DNA of 58,580 bases, filler included, from Sphacelaria rigidula (GCA_964200075.2; 8 parts of 8 records of this genome joined end to end with filler, not necessarily neighbours in it); one strand, 5' to 3'. Positions 27,363 to 40,332 are shown, counted from the whole stretch's first letter. Made by a program: numbers and translations. Notes: generated by a model from the sequence alone, not told the origin.

Positions 27363-28117
27363 CAGTGTTACAGGGGTGACTTTGAAAACGGAGAGAGCAT
27401 GTGCGACAGAAACAGCGCAATACATTTCCCAAAATTGACCCACGAGTAGCGCTGCACAAAAAACAGCCTGTACATACAGGATGCTCCAGAGCATCTTCGA
27501 GAGCCTACCTCACGGGAGGGCAAAGACGGGTTCCGGCTCCGTTTTGTGTCTCCACATTAACACCCGAGACTGCAACACACTACGCAACACGCTTGACCCC
27601 TTCATATTCGTACAAATTGCCCAAGAAACAAAGGTCTCCACGTGCTACGTAGTACCCAAGAGGTACACAGTCAGTAACAGCCCGCCGATGACGAACTGAG
27701 AATGAGGCTCGGCCTAAGTTTCGAGTGTCACGCAAAGGTTGATCATGGCCGACTATATTGGACTCAGCGTACCCGTCGTCGCTGAGGCTCGACACTTCCG
27801 TATGGTGGGGGTGGGGGGCATCTCAGTTTCCTTCTCGTCTCTTACGATCTCTTATATTCGGAACAAGACGCTGCTGTTCCCTCATCTTCTGAAGGAGTGA
27901 TGAATTCATCTTCTCCTCTTCTCATTACTCCTTCACGGTCGATCTCGCTGCGACTTGTTTGATGGGAATTCCCGCCGCTGTTTCACTCACAGCCGTATCC
28001 GCCACATTGCCTTGACGCACCACAAAAAATTAACCTTCTTCATCTGTCAACAACGGGGTCTCAGCATGATTATACCTCTCCCCCCTCCCGAAAAAAAAAG
28101 AAAAATATCTCGCTTAC

Positions 28118-28221
28118 CCTCGGTCTTCCTCCACTCTCTTGGGGTTGTGGCTCTCCTCCAGGGAGGCCATTGGGATGCGGATTTTGCGCATTGGGCAACT
28201 GAAAGACGTGTTGAAGCCGAA
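28118..28221 (-). CDS. Cullin (CUL1-like), internal exon
   Basis: TAG acceptor and GTAAGC donor. Encodes FGFNTSFSCPMRKIRIPMASLEESHNPKRVEEDR plus 2 nt, joining the next exon in frame. Upstream exons lie outside the contig. Confidence 0.93.
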
Positions 28222-28900
28222 CTACACGCGCGAAAAAAACGAAGCGAAGGAGAAAAAAGTGGGAACAAAAAAAGTTCTTAGCTCACCGTACATTGCAGAT
28301 TGATTCACAAAAACACTAAAGAAGAAACTGGTATTTCGTCATCCCGCATCGTATTGTAGCACTGGAATCCCGCAGCCCGTCTTCATATACCACGGGATTC
28401 CATTCCTTGATCGCTTCTCCCTCTCACTCACCGACCTCTGCAGCAACAAAAAAAAAACGCCCCAACACGCGACTGCCCATATAGCATTGGGTCTTGATCC
28501 ATTTATTCTCTTGTTTGAGTTATAAGATTTTCTTCTTCAAAGACAAATTTCATGTAACCCTCATTCGATGTTCATTATTTTTCATTTGCTGCTTCCGTTA
28601 CTTTCCGCTCTTTGATTATACCAATCATGTGTCACAATTTCAGCTCCTAACTGCGAAATATCAGCAGGGCATCAGTGTTCAACTCCCGACATGAAATCTC
28701 AGCTGACCCAGCTCGCACTCTCTACAGTCCATGCCCCCCCCATCCCCCCTCCCATAATCTTCACAGTGTGTTTCGAAATTTCTCACACATTCAAAACGAA
28801 AAGTTTGATCGACGTGACTTCGGCGAGATTTGGGCAAGAGAGCTATTATAAGTCATCACGAACATAGACGAAAACGTTTTTTTTGTATATTTGCTTGAGT

Positions 28901-29010
28901 CACACTCTGGACAACATATTAGATTATCGAAAAGTGTAGTGCGTACAGTATGGAATATCTTGTCTGTTGCCATACGCAATAGTCGATACCGTACGCAGTA
29001 CATCTTTTGG
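28901..29010. mobile_element. MITE family C, decayed
   Basis: cacactctggacaa...gcgtacagtatggaat...cgtacgcagtaca matches 41936-42074. Confidence 0.65.
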
Positions 29011-29241
29011 CAATGTAACAAGGTTTGACTGGGAAAAAAACAGACAAGGTAGAACAGAACAAACGTAGTAGACTAAGACGTGAACAAAAAAAGCAAAGAA
29101 CGACCCCTCTCCGCCACATGGCTTCAGCGGTGTGGCTTTTGTACAGGGAAAACTCTGAAAAAAGGGCAAGATATTAGGATAACACATATGTTTAATGTCT
29201 ACTGGGGGGGGGGGGGGGGGGGGGGGACTGTGATTCATGCG

Positions 29242-29341
29242 NNNNNNNNNNNNNNNNNNNNNNNNNNNNNNNNNNNNNNNNNNNNTTAATTAATTAANNN
29301 NNNNNNNNNNNNNNNNNNNNNNNNNNNNNNNNNNNNNNNNN
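29242..29341. other. Artificial contig linker
   Basis: N44-TTAATTAATTAA-N44. Confidence 0.99.
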
Positions 29342-29890
29342 GTCGAAGGATACTACTGTAGTGGAACGCGCTTGCAAAATCCGAGCCGTTTTATTTTTAT
29401 TTTATTTAGAACACGCATCAGCTGTAGTTTGAATATCCCTCCTAACGGTCCCAAACGAGGTCTGATCCAGCGACGGAAAGTGCTGGCACCCTCTCCCTCA
29501 GATAAGATTTGTGACAACCTCAGGGTTAGGATTAGATCCCAGGGGAAGTCCTGAGCTGACAGATGGTTTTCTTGGAAAGCAGTCGTTTATTGTAACGGGT
29601 TTAAAGCGTTCAAGCAAGGAAATTTCGATTTTGAATAGGGAAAGATGTACTACGATACCCCTGAATACTATTCTACATGTTTCATTGAGAGCAATGTTCC
29701 CCGAATACCCACAGTTGTCACAAATCTTATCTGAGGGAGAGGGTGCCAGCACTTTCCGTCGCTGGATCAGACCTCGTTTGGGACCGTTAGGAGGGATATT
29801 CAAACTACAGCTGATGCGTGTTCTAAATAAAATAAAAATAAAACGGCTCGGATTTTGCAAGCGCGTTCCACTACAGTAGTATCCTTCGAC
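29342..29890. repeat. Apparently perfect 177-bp inverted repeat with 195-bp spacer
   Basis: 29342-29518 is the reverse complement of 29714-29890. The same peptide appears in ORFs on both strands. Confidence 0.93.
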
Positions 29891-31974
29891 AGCCCCACCG
29901 CGAAACCGGTTCTCAACACAGCCACGGCGGAAGTGGCCATACAAGGCGTGATAGCTGGTTCAGACTGGGTGAAGCGCCTCGCATGGGCACTACTGGCGAA
30001 ACAACCCCAAGCGTGGGACTACCCCTTACCGCCGTTGTGTGTGTGTGCAGCTTCATTGTGGGGCATCCATTTTATTCAACTAACGACTGTACTGTAGTGA
30101 TGCTGTACTCTTGTGTGATGGTATATTTCAGCAGACTGCTTAATGATGCTGCGTTTCAAAGATCGCTGGCGTCTGTCGCCGCATCGGATCGTTACGGTGA
30201 CGGCGGTCGTCGCCGGCGCAACAGTACGAAGTCTCTCTCAGATACTCAACAAGAGACAAGTCCAAAGAAGTATGTTTTCAGCATGCTTTGTTACGTGTTC
30301 CGTAGCGCTTAGACGCAGGTCCTGCTCAAAAGATGCCGCACAATCAATGACGGCGGTTTTTCTGTTGGACTGCTCATCATCCTGCTTGCGCTGCCGTGGA
30401 GGAACTTCTGGGTCAGGGTTACATGGTCGAAACCGCTTGCGAATCCCCAGCCTTTTGGACGAAACAAATGAAATTTCGGTGGTCAGTTGAACCTCACCCA
30501 AACGTTGCACCTCAAAGACGAATCCAGGCTGTTGCGTGCAGACAACACGCGAACCAGTGCAGCCCTACAGCGATGCGACTATGCAGTACTGCTCATTTTC
30601 TCGATTGCGCACCATGTTGTGGTTTGGCCACGAGGTGATAAGGGCGTCACTCTCGAGGAACAAGTATAGTCGGGGGTTGCAATGTGCAATCGGCCGACTT
30701 GAGAAGACGGTTGCAGTCGAATGCAGCTGGTGGCACATAGACCCTTGAGTCCGAACGAGCACTGCATCATAAGGTAAAACACGAACTCACTTTCACGTGC
30801 AGAGACGTGCTCTTGACTTGCTTGCAAGCGAGATGTCCCCAATGGGTGGCTGATAGCTTTGTTATTATAGGCTTGGCTACTGGTCAGCTGGGACCGAAGT
30901 TGCTAGGTGGTGGAAAGTTGTGAGTGGCTAGGGGCCAGGGTGAAGGACGTCAAATTGTAATACAACACCAACATGCGAATGGAATAAGACCTACTGCACT
31001 TGCCACGCGTACTTCGAAATACCTACTACATACACAGTCGGTATCCGCTGTAACAGATGACCTGCTCTCGCCATCAAAGGGTTCACCGAACTCAAAGCGG
31101 CAACTTTCGCGCAGCTCTTGAGAGTCCCTTACATCGTATGGACGTTGAAAAAATTGAACTGTTTAATTTCACATTCCTTGTCAATTTCGGTGTTGTCACC
31201 TTGATTGTACAGACGACAGTCAGCACAGTAGAGCAACAAAAGCTAGCTATGTCCTGATTTGTCCGGTGTACTACCGCCAGCGTTACTTGAAAGCCACAAG
31301 GCCTTTGCGGTGGACGGTTGATGGCGTGGGCCTTAAATGCAACGACAAGTACTTGATCATGGAGCACTCTTGTTCCTCGTAAAACGTATCTCGCCCCAGC
31401 TTGTAATGAATGACCTCCTCAGATAGGAATTCTCGAAAGCTACCGCGACACACGCAACGGGTGGGTGGGTGCTCCAGATTGAAATGGAGGCACCCCCATG
31501 CGCCACGCCAGCAGCAGTTAGGTCACCACCATAGGTACCTTTTCCCACTCCACATGACAAAAAGGTCTCCACGAGTATTTGATCTCTCATGCATCCTCCC
31601 AACTGGCGTGTGGCACGCTCTTGTCGTCGCGCACGCAAAGGTACACATGTGGGGTAAAATCAACGATGAACAACACCCCCCAAGTTGCGGGTGGATCTGC
31701 TTTTGCCGCAGCACCGTCCTTGCTGGCATGTGTGTGACAGATAACAGTGCCGGTGACGGGAATATCGCCCCGTTTTCCAACAACGTGTTTTGCAGGGCAC
31801 AGAGGCGCGTCCTGTCCCAAACGAGAGCCAGAGAGGAATCGATCTTTGCATTGGCAACCTCCACAGACAAGAAGAGACGACACCCCTCGGCACCTCGATG
31901 TTTTTCGGGGGACTGTGCAGCAATAACGTGCCTACCGGCATATGGGAAAATTGAGTAAATGCTGGTAACGTGCA

Positions 31975-32395
31975 TGATGCCAGTCTCTTGAGCGATTGGG
32001 AATCGCCGAGTGAGGACACACAAAGGACACGGGCGAGGGGCTTCCTCTCTACCGTTACTCCTCCGGTGGTATCGTCACCGCCACGCGTGTACAGCACATT
32101 CGTTCGGTGCACCTAGCCACAACTGCTTAAGTGCTGCAGATTTTTGGCAGGAAGATGGTTTCTCTCGGTGTAACTGTTTCGCGTCATTCCTGCAAAAACC
32201 TTATACCGCTTGAACCCCATTTGAGTGTTCAACCCCATAATTTGAAATCCGCTGTCACTGGGTGCGTTGTATGCGTGTGTCGATGACAATGCCGCCGGAG
32301 GAGCTTTGACGGAGAGGAAGATCCTCGCTTCTGTCCTTTGTGTGTCTTCGTTCGGTGGTTTCCAATCGTTGGAGAGCCTGTCATCAGGTTATCAT
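31975..32395. repeat. Diverged inverted pair (~100-bp arms)
   Basis: gagaggaag..cctcgc..gtcctttgtgtgtc..cgg....t.ccaatcg occurs at ~32310-32385 (+) and ~31975-32055 (-). Confidence 0.6.
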
Positions 32396-32795
32396 AAGAT
32401 ACCCCGATTGCCAACCCTTTCGTCTGCACAAGAACGGCAAACGATTAGTTGGACAGCCCCGCCCTCAACTGATTGTGTTGCTGCATCTTGACTGACGTAT
32501 TATTACTGTCTTGTCTGTGGTCTTTACCAGTGCAAAGGTTCCTTCCTTCCTGCCTCTCTTTTTGATAGAACGTATCTCTGCGCGCTACAGAGCACGTCAT
32601 TGAAAAACACGATGTCCCGTCACCGCTATCCCGTTGTTATTTCCACACGCGCGAGCAATGACTGTTCCGCGAAGATCCAATCGCGTGTTGCGGGGTGTTA
32701 TCGTTAATTTCGGTCGATGGCTGGATACAAGGACAGTTGTACACATTCGGGTTGGAGGAATGTAGCAGACAACCCACGAGCGTGGAGACTTTCTT

Positions 32796-33046
32796 GGACT
32801 GCTGCCGAGATAGCCCCTCCCCGAACCGGCCAAAAAAGTGCACGGAGGCGATGATCGTAAATGTCGTGAGAGCTGGTTTTGTGCTGCACGACGCGCCTCA
32901 TTTGGGCGTTATAGCCGATTTCGGACTGCTACACGCCTCTCATGTGGGCGAACTTGCTGCAAACGAGCCCAATAGTGGGAGTGCAGCCGGTTTGTCGGAC
33001 GGTCTCCGGTGCACTTTTTGTGGGGGGGCTATCTCGGCATTAGTCC
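32796..33046. mobile_element. MITE family G
   Basis: ggactgctgccgagatagccc...gggctatctcggcattagtcc. Confidence 0.7.
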
Positions 33047-33206
33047 TTGGCATGCAGAGTAAATCGATATACCTCTGGCACTGACTTAACTGCTGAGGCG
33101 TGGCCCACATGGGGGCCGACACACTGTAATCCATGAGATGCAGCGCGTCTTATGTAATACACAATCATAGCACTGTCGTGAGGAGAAGTGTTGTCCTTAA
33201 TTCTTC

Positions 33207-33630
33207 CAGGGATGTACACGTGACACACGTGACACATTTGAAAAAACCGGGAAACACGTAACTTTGGGCCATTTAAAGCTACGTAAGGTTTGATTTTTCG
33301 GACGGGACAAATGTAACGTAACGTGATGTAACGTGTGGACCTTGAAGCAGTGTCTTTTGGGTTACTCAAGAGGTCAAACAAGGCTGTTTATGTGAATTTT
33401 ATTGTGACACGTGACACGTTACAAATTCACGAAAATAAGCAGAGTTTCGTCACATTTGGAAAGTGAAACACTATGTCGGGGTTCATGCGAAGGATCACAC
33501 GTCACATCACGCTACGTTACATTTGTCCCATAGAAAAAATCAAACATCATGTAGTAGTGTTGAATGATTTAAAGTTACGTTTTTTCGAACGTGTCACGTA
33601 AAATCGTCACGTGTAACGTGTATACCCCTG
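33207..33630. mobile_element. hAT-type MITE with ACGTTA/ACGTGA subterminal repeats
   Basis: CAGGGATGTACACGTGACAC...GTGTAACGTGTATACCCCTG. Flanks aattcttc/aaattttc match 6 of 8. Same family as 39400-41669. Confidence 0.75.
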
Positions 33631-33900
33631 AAATTTTCGACTCTGCGGAGGCTATCACAAGCGTTTGCCTGACGCGAGGTATGGTTCTACCACGAACAAG
33701 CACGTTCTTGTATCATATGGACTACTTGCCGTTTCCTTTGTGGTCCACGACGTCGAGTGCTGATCAAGTCTTGGCTGAGAGGGATTGGGCTAGCTTTCGA
33801 AAACCGCAGCTGAGAGAAGCCCAGGCAATTCATTGTCGCCGACTGTAGACCAAGCCTTTATTTTTCGTTACCACCTATGAATAGATTGGAAACTGTTTTC

Positions 33901-34347
33901 TGTTGGAATACTCAATGTCAGTCATTGGTAACGACTACTATCTATCGTAGGTTATCGTAAACAAGTAAGAAATTATTTGAGTGCTCCAGAAATAGTCTGC
34001 GGTATATTCTGCGGTACATTATGTTTCCAGAACAAGTTGTCGGGGGATTAATCGGGAGTTATCGGTTGTAATATCCCGCGAGTCTTCTAGACGTGGGGAC
34101 GTTCTAGAAGTTCATTAGCTGATGAAGCTCGCACACTTGGTGCTCGCCCACCTGATCACTCCTCTACAACTTCTCTTCTCATACTCTTCTCTTCCATGAG
34201 TTCGAGTCTTCGGCCACATAAGCGCCAAATTCACAATCTCCATTCTCAAGTCAAGCGACTTAACCGTCACTCTCTGCACCTCTGCATAAACTGCAGAAGA
34301 CAGTTGCCACATCGGCACACCATCAAGAGTAAAACCATATTCCTTCA
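33901..34347 (+). mobile_element. Ty1/Copia 5' LTR (putative)
   Basis: Begins TGTTGG and ends CA immediately before the PBS. The 5' boundary is inferred because the 3' LTR is absent. Confidence 0.65.
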
Positions 34348-34358
34348 GGTTATGAGCC
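34348..34358 (+). promoter_or_regulatory. Primer-binding site complementary to the anticodon arm of tRNAiMet (half-tRNA priming)
   Basis: GGTTATGAGCC directly after CA, the PBS type used by Ty5 and Drosophila copia. Confidence 0.75.
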
Positions 34359-35036
34359 TCGAGCTTCCTCAATAAGTAGAGCAAGGAGTCACGGCGTCGT
34401 CAGCGATCAACACGTTCTCAAGAGGATCGGCACCGCTTTTCCAAGCAGAAGACGGACATCGCACCAACGGGAACTTCAAGTCCTTTCTCGTCAATCAAAT
34501 TCAAGTTCTGTGGAGGTCCATCAAGATCAGGCGCGTCGGTATCATCCACGTCGCCAAGACATCACTACAGCAGTTCAACGGAGTCAGCTCAAGACTACCT
34601 CTCCACGCTCATCTCGCTAGTGAGCATCTTCGGCCATCAACAAGATTGACAATCGACCGCATCGCATCGGCAAGTTCCGAGCTATTCCTCCGCATTTTTG
34701 TTGCGTGCGAGTTTTTTCGAGAAAAGAGAGATACGTCGTCATCAGCAACGACGCTCAGCTACGTCGTCTTCAGCTACGATATCATCAGTTCGGCAGGTTC
34801 TTCTAGCGACACTAGCCAAGAGGCAAGGACTTCGGATCCATCAAGCCTATCAACTGGCATTCGCAGCCAACACCCGTAAGTAACCCACACCTGGGTGCAT
34901 CATCATCTTCTGTTGAGGAACTGTCAGTTTCTCTTGGAATTTTTCAACGTCATCGTACGACTACTGTACGAGTACACGTCATCTACACGGACGGCAACAG
35001 CAATAGCAACAACAATAGTAACAGGATTACCGTAGC

Positions 35037-36576
35037 ATGGGGGAGTCATTGACAAATGCTGCTGCGGCGGATGCAGTGGACAAGCTCGTCAAGGCTGTTG
35101 GCGGAAATTCCAACGGGACGGACTTCGATGTCTGGTCCCGCACAGCACAGTCCGTGATCAGCATGCGACATTCGGGCATTGCAGGCATCCTGGACGGCAG
35201 ACCATGTCCGCTGACCATTTACAAGAAAACCAAGGGCAAAGCTGGCAAGCGCAAGAAACAAGCAACCTCAAGCATCGAAGATGAAGAAGAGGATGAAGAC
35301 AAGGATGCAGCAGAAGACTCAGCACTGCATCCCGAGCAACAGCAGCAGCTTGCACCAGATGAGCCGAGTTCAACAAGCGGCGAGACTCCTACTTCTGTGA
35401 TGTGGGAGATGGATGACAACGTCCAGAACGTCGAGGACATCCGGGAGTGGCACATGGCCAACAAGATCCTCTTTCCACTTCCTGTTCTTGAGTACAGGAC
35501 CGGCAGCAAGCTTTCTCCGAAAGTACAAGCCTAGAACAGGCATTTTGCCAAACGGCATCGCCGCTTGGAATGGTCTGGTGGAAAAAACCAGAACCCTTCA
35601 CGCCAGCCGCGTCGAATTATGGCAAAAAGGCTGTCTAACATGAGAATGCAGCAAGGTCAAGGCCCGGACGTCTTGTGCAACCAGCTATTTTCGTTTCGAG
35701 ATGAACTGGCGGAGATGGATCGAGTGATTGCGGACGACGAGATACTGGACATCATCCTGGATGGGCTGACGGAAGAGTACGCCCAGATTCAACTGCTTGC
35801 GGAATCGCAAGGCACTTTCAATCTTGAAGACGCCATGTTCACCATAAGGAACATGATCGCAACCCGTGTCGCAGAAAACGGGCTTTCACGTGCAGCGAAG
35901 GTCGCACCTCGGCGATGACCGCCACAACGGCAAAATATTGCAACTACTGCAAAAATCCTGGTCATGACATCAATAACTACTTTAAGCTAAACAACAAGAA
36001 GAGCACAAGAAACAACGGAGGGGGAAGAAGTAACTGGTGGTGCTCCTTACACAAAACCAGTCTTCACGACAATTCGACCTGCAAGGCGCAACAACACTGG
36101 GGCAACGATCCTGACGATCAGCGGCAGCAAGGGCAGCGCGGCCGAGGACCACGTCACAACAGCGGGCCACGGCAGCAAGGACAAACCCGCTTCAGCGACA
36201 GCGGACGAGGCCGCTTCAACAACAACGGTGGACAAGGAGGAGTGAACAACAACAGCGGACAAGGTGGTAACAACAACAACACCAACGCGGCAGCACACAC
36301 AGCAACAGCAACACCGGGGTCTGCTACTGTGGTGGGACAATACAACACAACCGGATCATCTACACCTACTTCCGCGACTACCACCACTCCACAGGCTTCA
36401 GATCCATCGCCTTCAGACCCTTCACCTCCTGCCGAAATGGGTTACTCCGTCGTCGCCACCAGCAGCCTGAACACCGCCGCTGCTCCTTCGCGCTTCACCA
36501 TGACTGTCGACACCGGCGCCAGCAACCACTTCGTCGACCCTGACTTGCTTCCAAATCTTCAGCACCGGATGATCGA
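35037..36576 (+). pseudogene. Ty1/Copia gag-protease, frameshifted and truncated by contig end
   Basis: Copia gag-like segments (NGIAAWNGLVEK; LDIILDGLTEEY), zinc knuckles CNYCKNPGHDINNY (last Cys lost) and CSLHKTSLHDNSTC, protease motif VDTGASNHF. Frameshifts near 35475, 35585 and 35910. Confidence 0.9.
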
Positions 36577-36676
36577 NNNNNNNNNNNNNNNNNNNNNNNN
36601 NNNNNNNNNNNNNNNNNNNNTTAATTAATTAANNNNNNNNNNNNNNNNNNNNNNNNNNNNNNNNNNNNNNNNNNNN
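36577..36676. other. Artificial contig linker
   Basis: N44-TTAATTAATTAA-N44. Confidence 0.99.
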
Positions 36677-36750
36677 GTAGTCATATGACCATCGACCTCG
36701 CGTCCGTACAAAGCCGGGACGGAACACGCCGGGTTTTCGCCGGACCAGGC
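36677..36750 (-). mobile_element. Family P copy at contig start
   Basis: gtagtcatatgaccatcgacctcgcgtcc...gacggaacacgccgggttttcgcc is a reverse-complement match to ~14400-14470. Confidence 0.7.
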
Positions 36751-38279
36751 GGGGGGAACCGCGGGAGGGGGATTGGCGGGGCTGCGGGCGGGAAAGTATG
36801 TGTGTGGGACTGTGAGGGGATCGTCGCGACGCCGTGGCGTGCATCAAAGTGTGACAGTTGAACCTCATGGAACGCACGGCTTGGGCAGCGAGTACTTTCC
36901 TTTGTAAGATGGGCACAGTACCACTTTTGGTGCTGTGCGGTGGAAAATTATTGATTTTACATGGGTCGACCCCAAAACCGCGTAGTAACAAAATAACGAG
37001 TCGAAATACGACTACACGATACGGATGTGAAAGTGAAAGTGACGTCATGCTGCGAGGGTAGCGAAGACAGATTGTACACGCTACTAAAACACTGACTCTA
37101 CGTACGATGGCGCAACATCTCATAGGGGTAGCCGTGGCTGCTACTAGCCTAAACGTATCACATTGTATCGTCATTATTTTTCGGATATTAAAGGAGGGTG
37201 TCGGCGTGTTCTTGTGTCATTATTTTTCAGGCATTTCCCGGTTTTACCATAATTTACTATCACCATCATCATTTTGTCATTGGTATTCTCTCATCGTATG
37301 TCACTTCATGTCCCTACTACATGATAATGCTGCGGTCAGCGTGTGAGAGTGGAACGTTCCTCTTGAACTTTCAAGTGATGAGGAGTGAAACACACGCTAA
37401 CTATTTAACCACGAAAGCCGACGATGTGACAGGACATATAGCGATTACATTGTATGATGACCACTCCCGCATCTCGTCGACGTTTCGTAAGTTTCTGGTT
37501 CTACTCACGCCCTCGCTTTGTCAACGACGGAAATAGTATACCCCTCAGAAACAAAATGTACAGAACTATATCCGCTGATTGTCGAATCCTCGGTTCCGCC
37601 TTAACAGGAATCAGTATGTACCAGCTTAACTCTCGGGCGCCTCGATGTATTGGAAACATAGCGAGCAACGCGGAAAACGTGTTTTATTATATGGATGCAT
37701 TCGAACCCTAGTTTTCAGCACAGACCACGACCGGGCACGAAGAAGAGGTACAGCGCTGCAATACCGAGTAGAGTACGGTTCAGAACAGCACACAGCATGC
37801 AGAAAACGACAACAGCCGAGAGCAGCGTCTCAGCGCAGGCAAGCGGGAAACGAAACAGCGTCTTTCATGGGATATGTACGGTACAACAGCAATCGTCGCG
37901 GGAGAAATCGCTACTCTCCGAACGTCTTTTGTAGGAGACTACACTCTAGCATGAGCGAGCGGTGCAGCACTGTAGTACAGTGCACCGTGGAGCACCGCCG
38001 TGTAGAGCACAACACACAGCGACGGAGCCACGGAAACACCTCTGCCGACCACTACCGGAAGAGCCACCCGTACTCGTCAACAATTGAAAAAAAACACTCA
38101 CCGCCCCGTCGGTAGTCCTCACCAAAACAGATGCCCCGTGGATGAACCCTGAAACAGATTAAAACCGTACCGCTCAATAGAAATAGCGCTCGTTGGGCTG
38201 GAACGGTTATTGAGGCCCGACAAATTGAAGGCTGTGCTTCCCTTCCGCTCTCAACTACTCGAACGCCAAGAAGCGCTTT

Positions 38280-39390
38280 CCCACTACCTTTTACACGTGG
38301 GTACGCGGACCGTGCGCTCCTCCGAGTCGCGGGCAAAATCTCTCATTCGCTCCAGCAACGCCTTTACGTGAGCGTTATATTCGAATACCTCGAACAGCGC
38401 CAGACCAGCACCTACCATCTCGATTCCGACCCATTTGCAAAGCGCGTGGCGGAAGGCATCACCTCTAGACTCTTCCACGCGCACGTCCACATTACTTATG
38501 TCTGCTAGCGCGTGCAGCAGGGAGCATGCTTCCGAGACGTCCAGCCTGAGCGTCACGCGGCTGAGCCGTGACGTGATTGCTTCTCTGCGGGCGCGGTACA
38601 CCGCCATTCCGTGCATGTTGAACTCCCCCCCCCCGAGGCATGCATGATCATGAGTACACCCCCAAGCCTTTACAAACTTCACTTTGCATTCCTCGCGGAC
38701 GTTTGAAGCCCCCACGTGTATGTCTGCGCCATTCCTTGGCCGCTCCCGGAGGTGCCGCTTCCGCTCAGCGTTTCTCCCAGCATCGGGAGAACTTTTCCCT
38801 GGCTGTTCGTTCCCGCTTTCAACGTTGCTTTGGGATATGCTCCGAGTGCGATAAGCCGTCCAGTTGAGTGAATCTCGTCATAATGGACGCAGTTCTGTTC
38901 TCCGACTACCGAGTCAATGCTCAGAACGATCTCGAACCAGGCCCACACCATGGCTACACTTCTAATCACGCCCAACAGCGACTCCTTCACATAGACGACC
39001 CGCTCAGGGTGCCGGTAAGAGGGTACGGCGTCAGGGGCAGACTTCTTGCCTGCAAGGCTCATTGCTGTCGACACTGTTTTTTCGGAGATCCCCGAAATTT
39101 TCGGAAGTGGCAAGGTACCTGATGGCTCTCGAATGCTTGCAAGCGCCAGAGCGTATTCACAGGGCAGCTCTCCGAATAGCTACGTTGCTGTTCGAATTGT
39201 TCGGACGTCTCAAAAAATGAAGCTTCGGAAACGAAATCAAGCCGCTTCATTCTCGGAGACGTCTGAACGCAGAGTCCGAAAACTCTGGAAACTTCTGGCA
39301 TCGCTGAAGACGAAAATGTTGGTAACAACGAGCCTAACAAGTTTACGGCCTTCTTCCGCGAGGAATCGATGATCACAGGGACGCGGATAG
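38280..39390 (-). pseudogene. Decayed coding-like region of unknown family
   Basis: Overlapping 143- and 144-aa ORFs with protein-like composition. The frame extends upstream through a few stops and is interrupted by a family P insert near 38640. Confidence 0.35.
38625..38668 (+). mobile_element. Family P micro-insertion
   Basis: C-run, ggcatgcatgatcatgagtaca, then CCCCC. Confidence 0.7.
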
Positions 39391-40087
39391 CAAGATCATC
39401 AGGGAGATATACGTTACACGTTACACGTTCACGATACGTTCACCACGTTAAAAAAACAATGTTCACGTTACGTTACGTATGTCACGTTAAAAGCAACTAA
39501 CGTTACGTTCACGTTTCATTTGAAAATTTAACGTTACGTTCCCGCCATACTTTCATCACGTAAAACAAATTAACGTTGCGTTTTGTTACACGTAACGTAA
39601 TTTGAAACGTTTCATGTAGCGTGTAACGTCCAACATAACGTCACCTTGACACGTGTCACGTTCGAATGCAACGTTTCATCAGAGAGTTTCGGACACAAAA
39701 AAACGGTAGGAACAACTCAGGATCAGGGTTTAGAAGTTGGGATTTAAGTCCAGGATATGACGAATTCCCCTAGTTGAACCCCGAAAATTGAACCTGTGAG
39801 AAGAGATGTGCGCAGGAACTGAGGATTAATATGAAATTTTTTAAATAGACCGTAAGTTGCTAAACAACCCAGAGCGTTGGTGCCCAACTGAGGGTCAAGA
39901 AACAGAACTATTTAATGGACACCCTGCCTCATAACGACCAAGGTTACAAAACACTGCCGCAGGGCAAATATCGTAAGTGGGGCGATGGCGGATGCCGTGA
40001 ACACCCGTGACAGCGCTGGTGATAGCAGCCTGTTCACGAGGGTGACCCAAGACTACGAGGAAGACTTGAAGGCGAACGGGAGAGCCG

Positions 40088-40332
40088 AGACACCAGTCGA
40101 CCTGGCTTATGATGGCGCGAAAGGGCGGGAGTCGGCTGCTCAAGCAGCCGCTACGAGGACTTGACAAAACGGCCAACTAGCGTGAAGCTTGCGTTAGCTC
40201 GCGCAGGCACACCACCGCTGGGTGGCCATTTTGTCGAAGTCCTCATAGCGGCTGCATGAGTGGTCCACTTCCGCCCTTCCGCGTCATCTCTAGCCCCTTC
40301 CGCGTCATCTCTAGCTAGGTCGACAGGTGTCT
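40088..40332. repeat. GC-rich imperfect hairpin inside the hAT element
   Basis: agacaccagtcgacct...gcagccgctacgaggacttgacaaaacggcca pairs with tggccattttgtcgaagtcctcatagcggctgc...aggtcgacaggtgtct. A 21-bp tandem duplication lies at 40274-40315. Confidence 0.8.

Noticed and set aside
27142-27494. AY/AN/CV repeat ORFs
   Set aside because: Hexamer microsatellite within a cullin intron.
34115-34384. 89-aa antisense ORF over the Copia LTR/PBS
   Set aside because: Non-ATG start, short, and no supporting evidence.
34876-35024. Possible intron in the Copia leader (GTAAGT...AACAG before the gag ATG)
   Set aside because: No polypyrimidine tract, and such motifs occur by chance.
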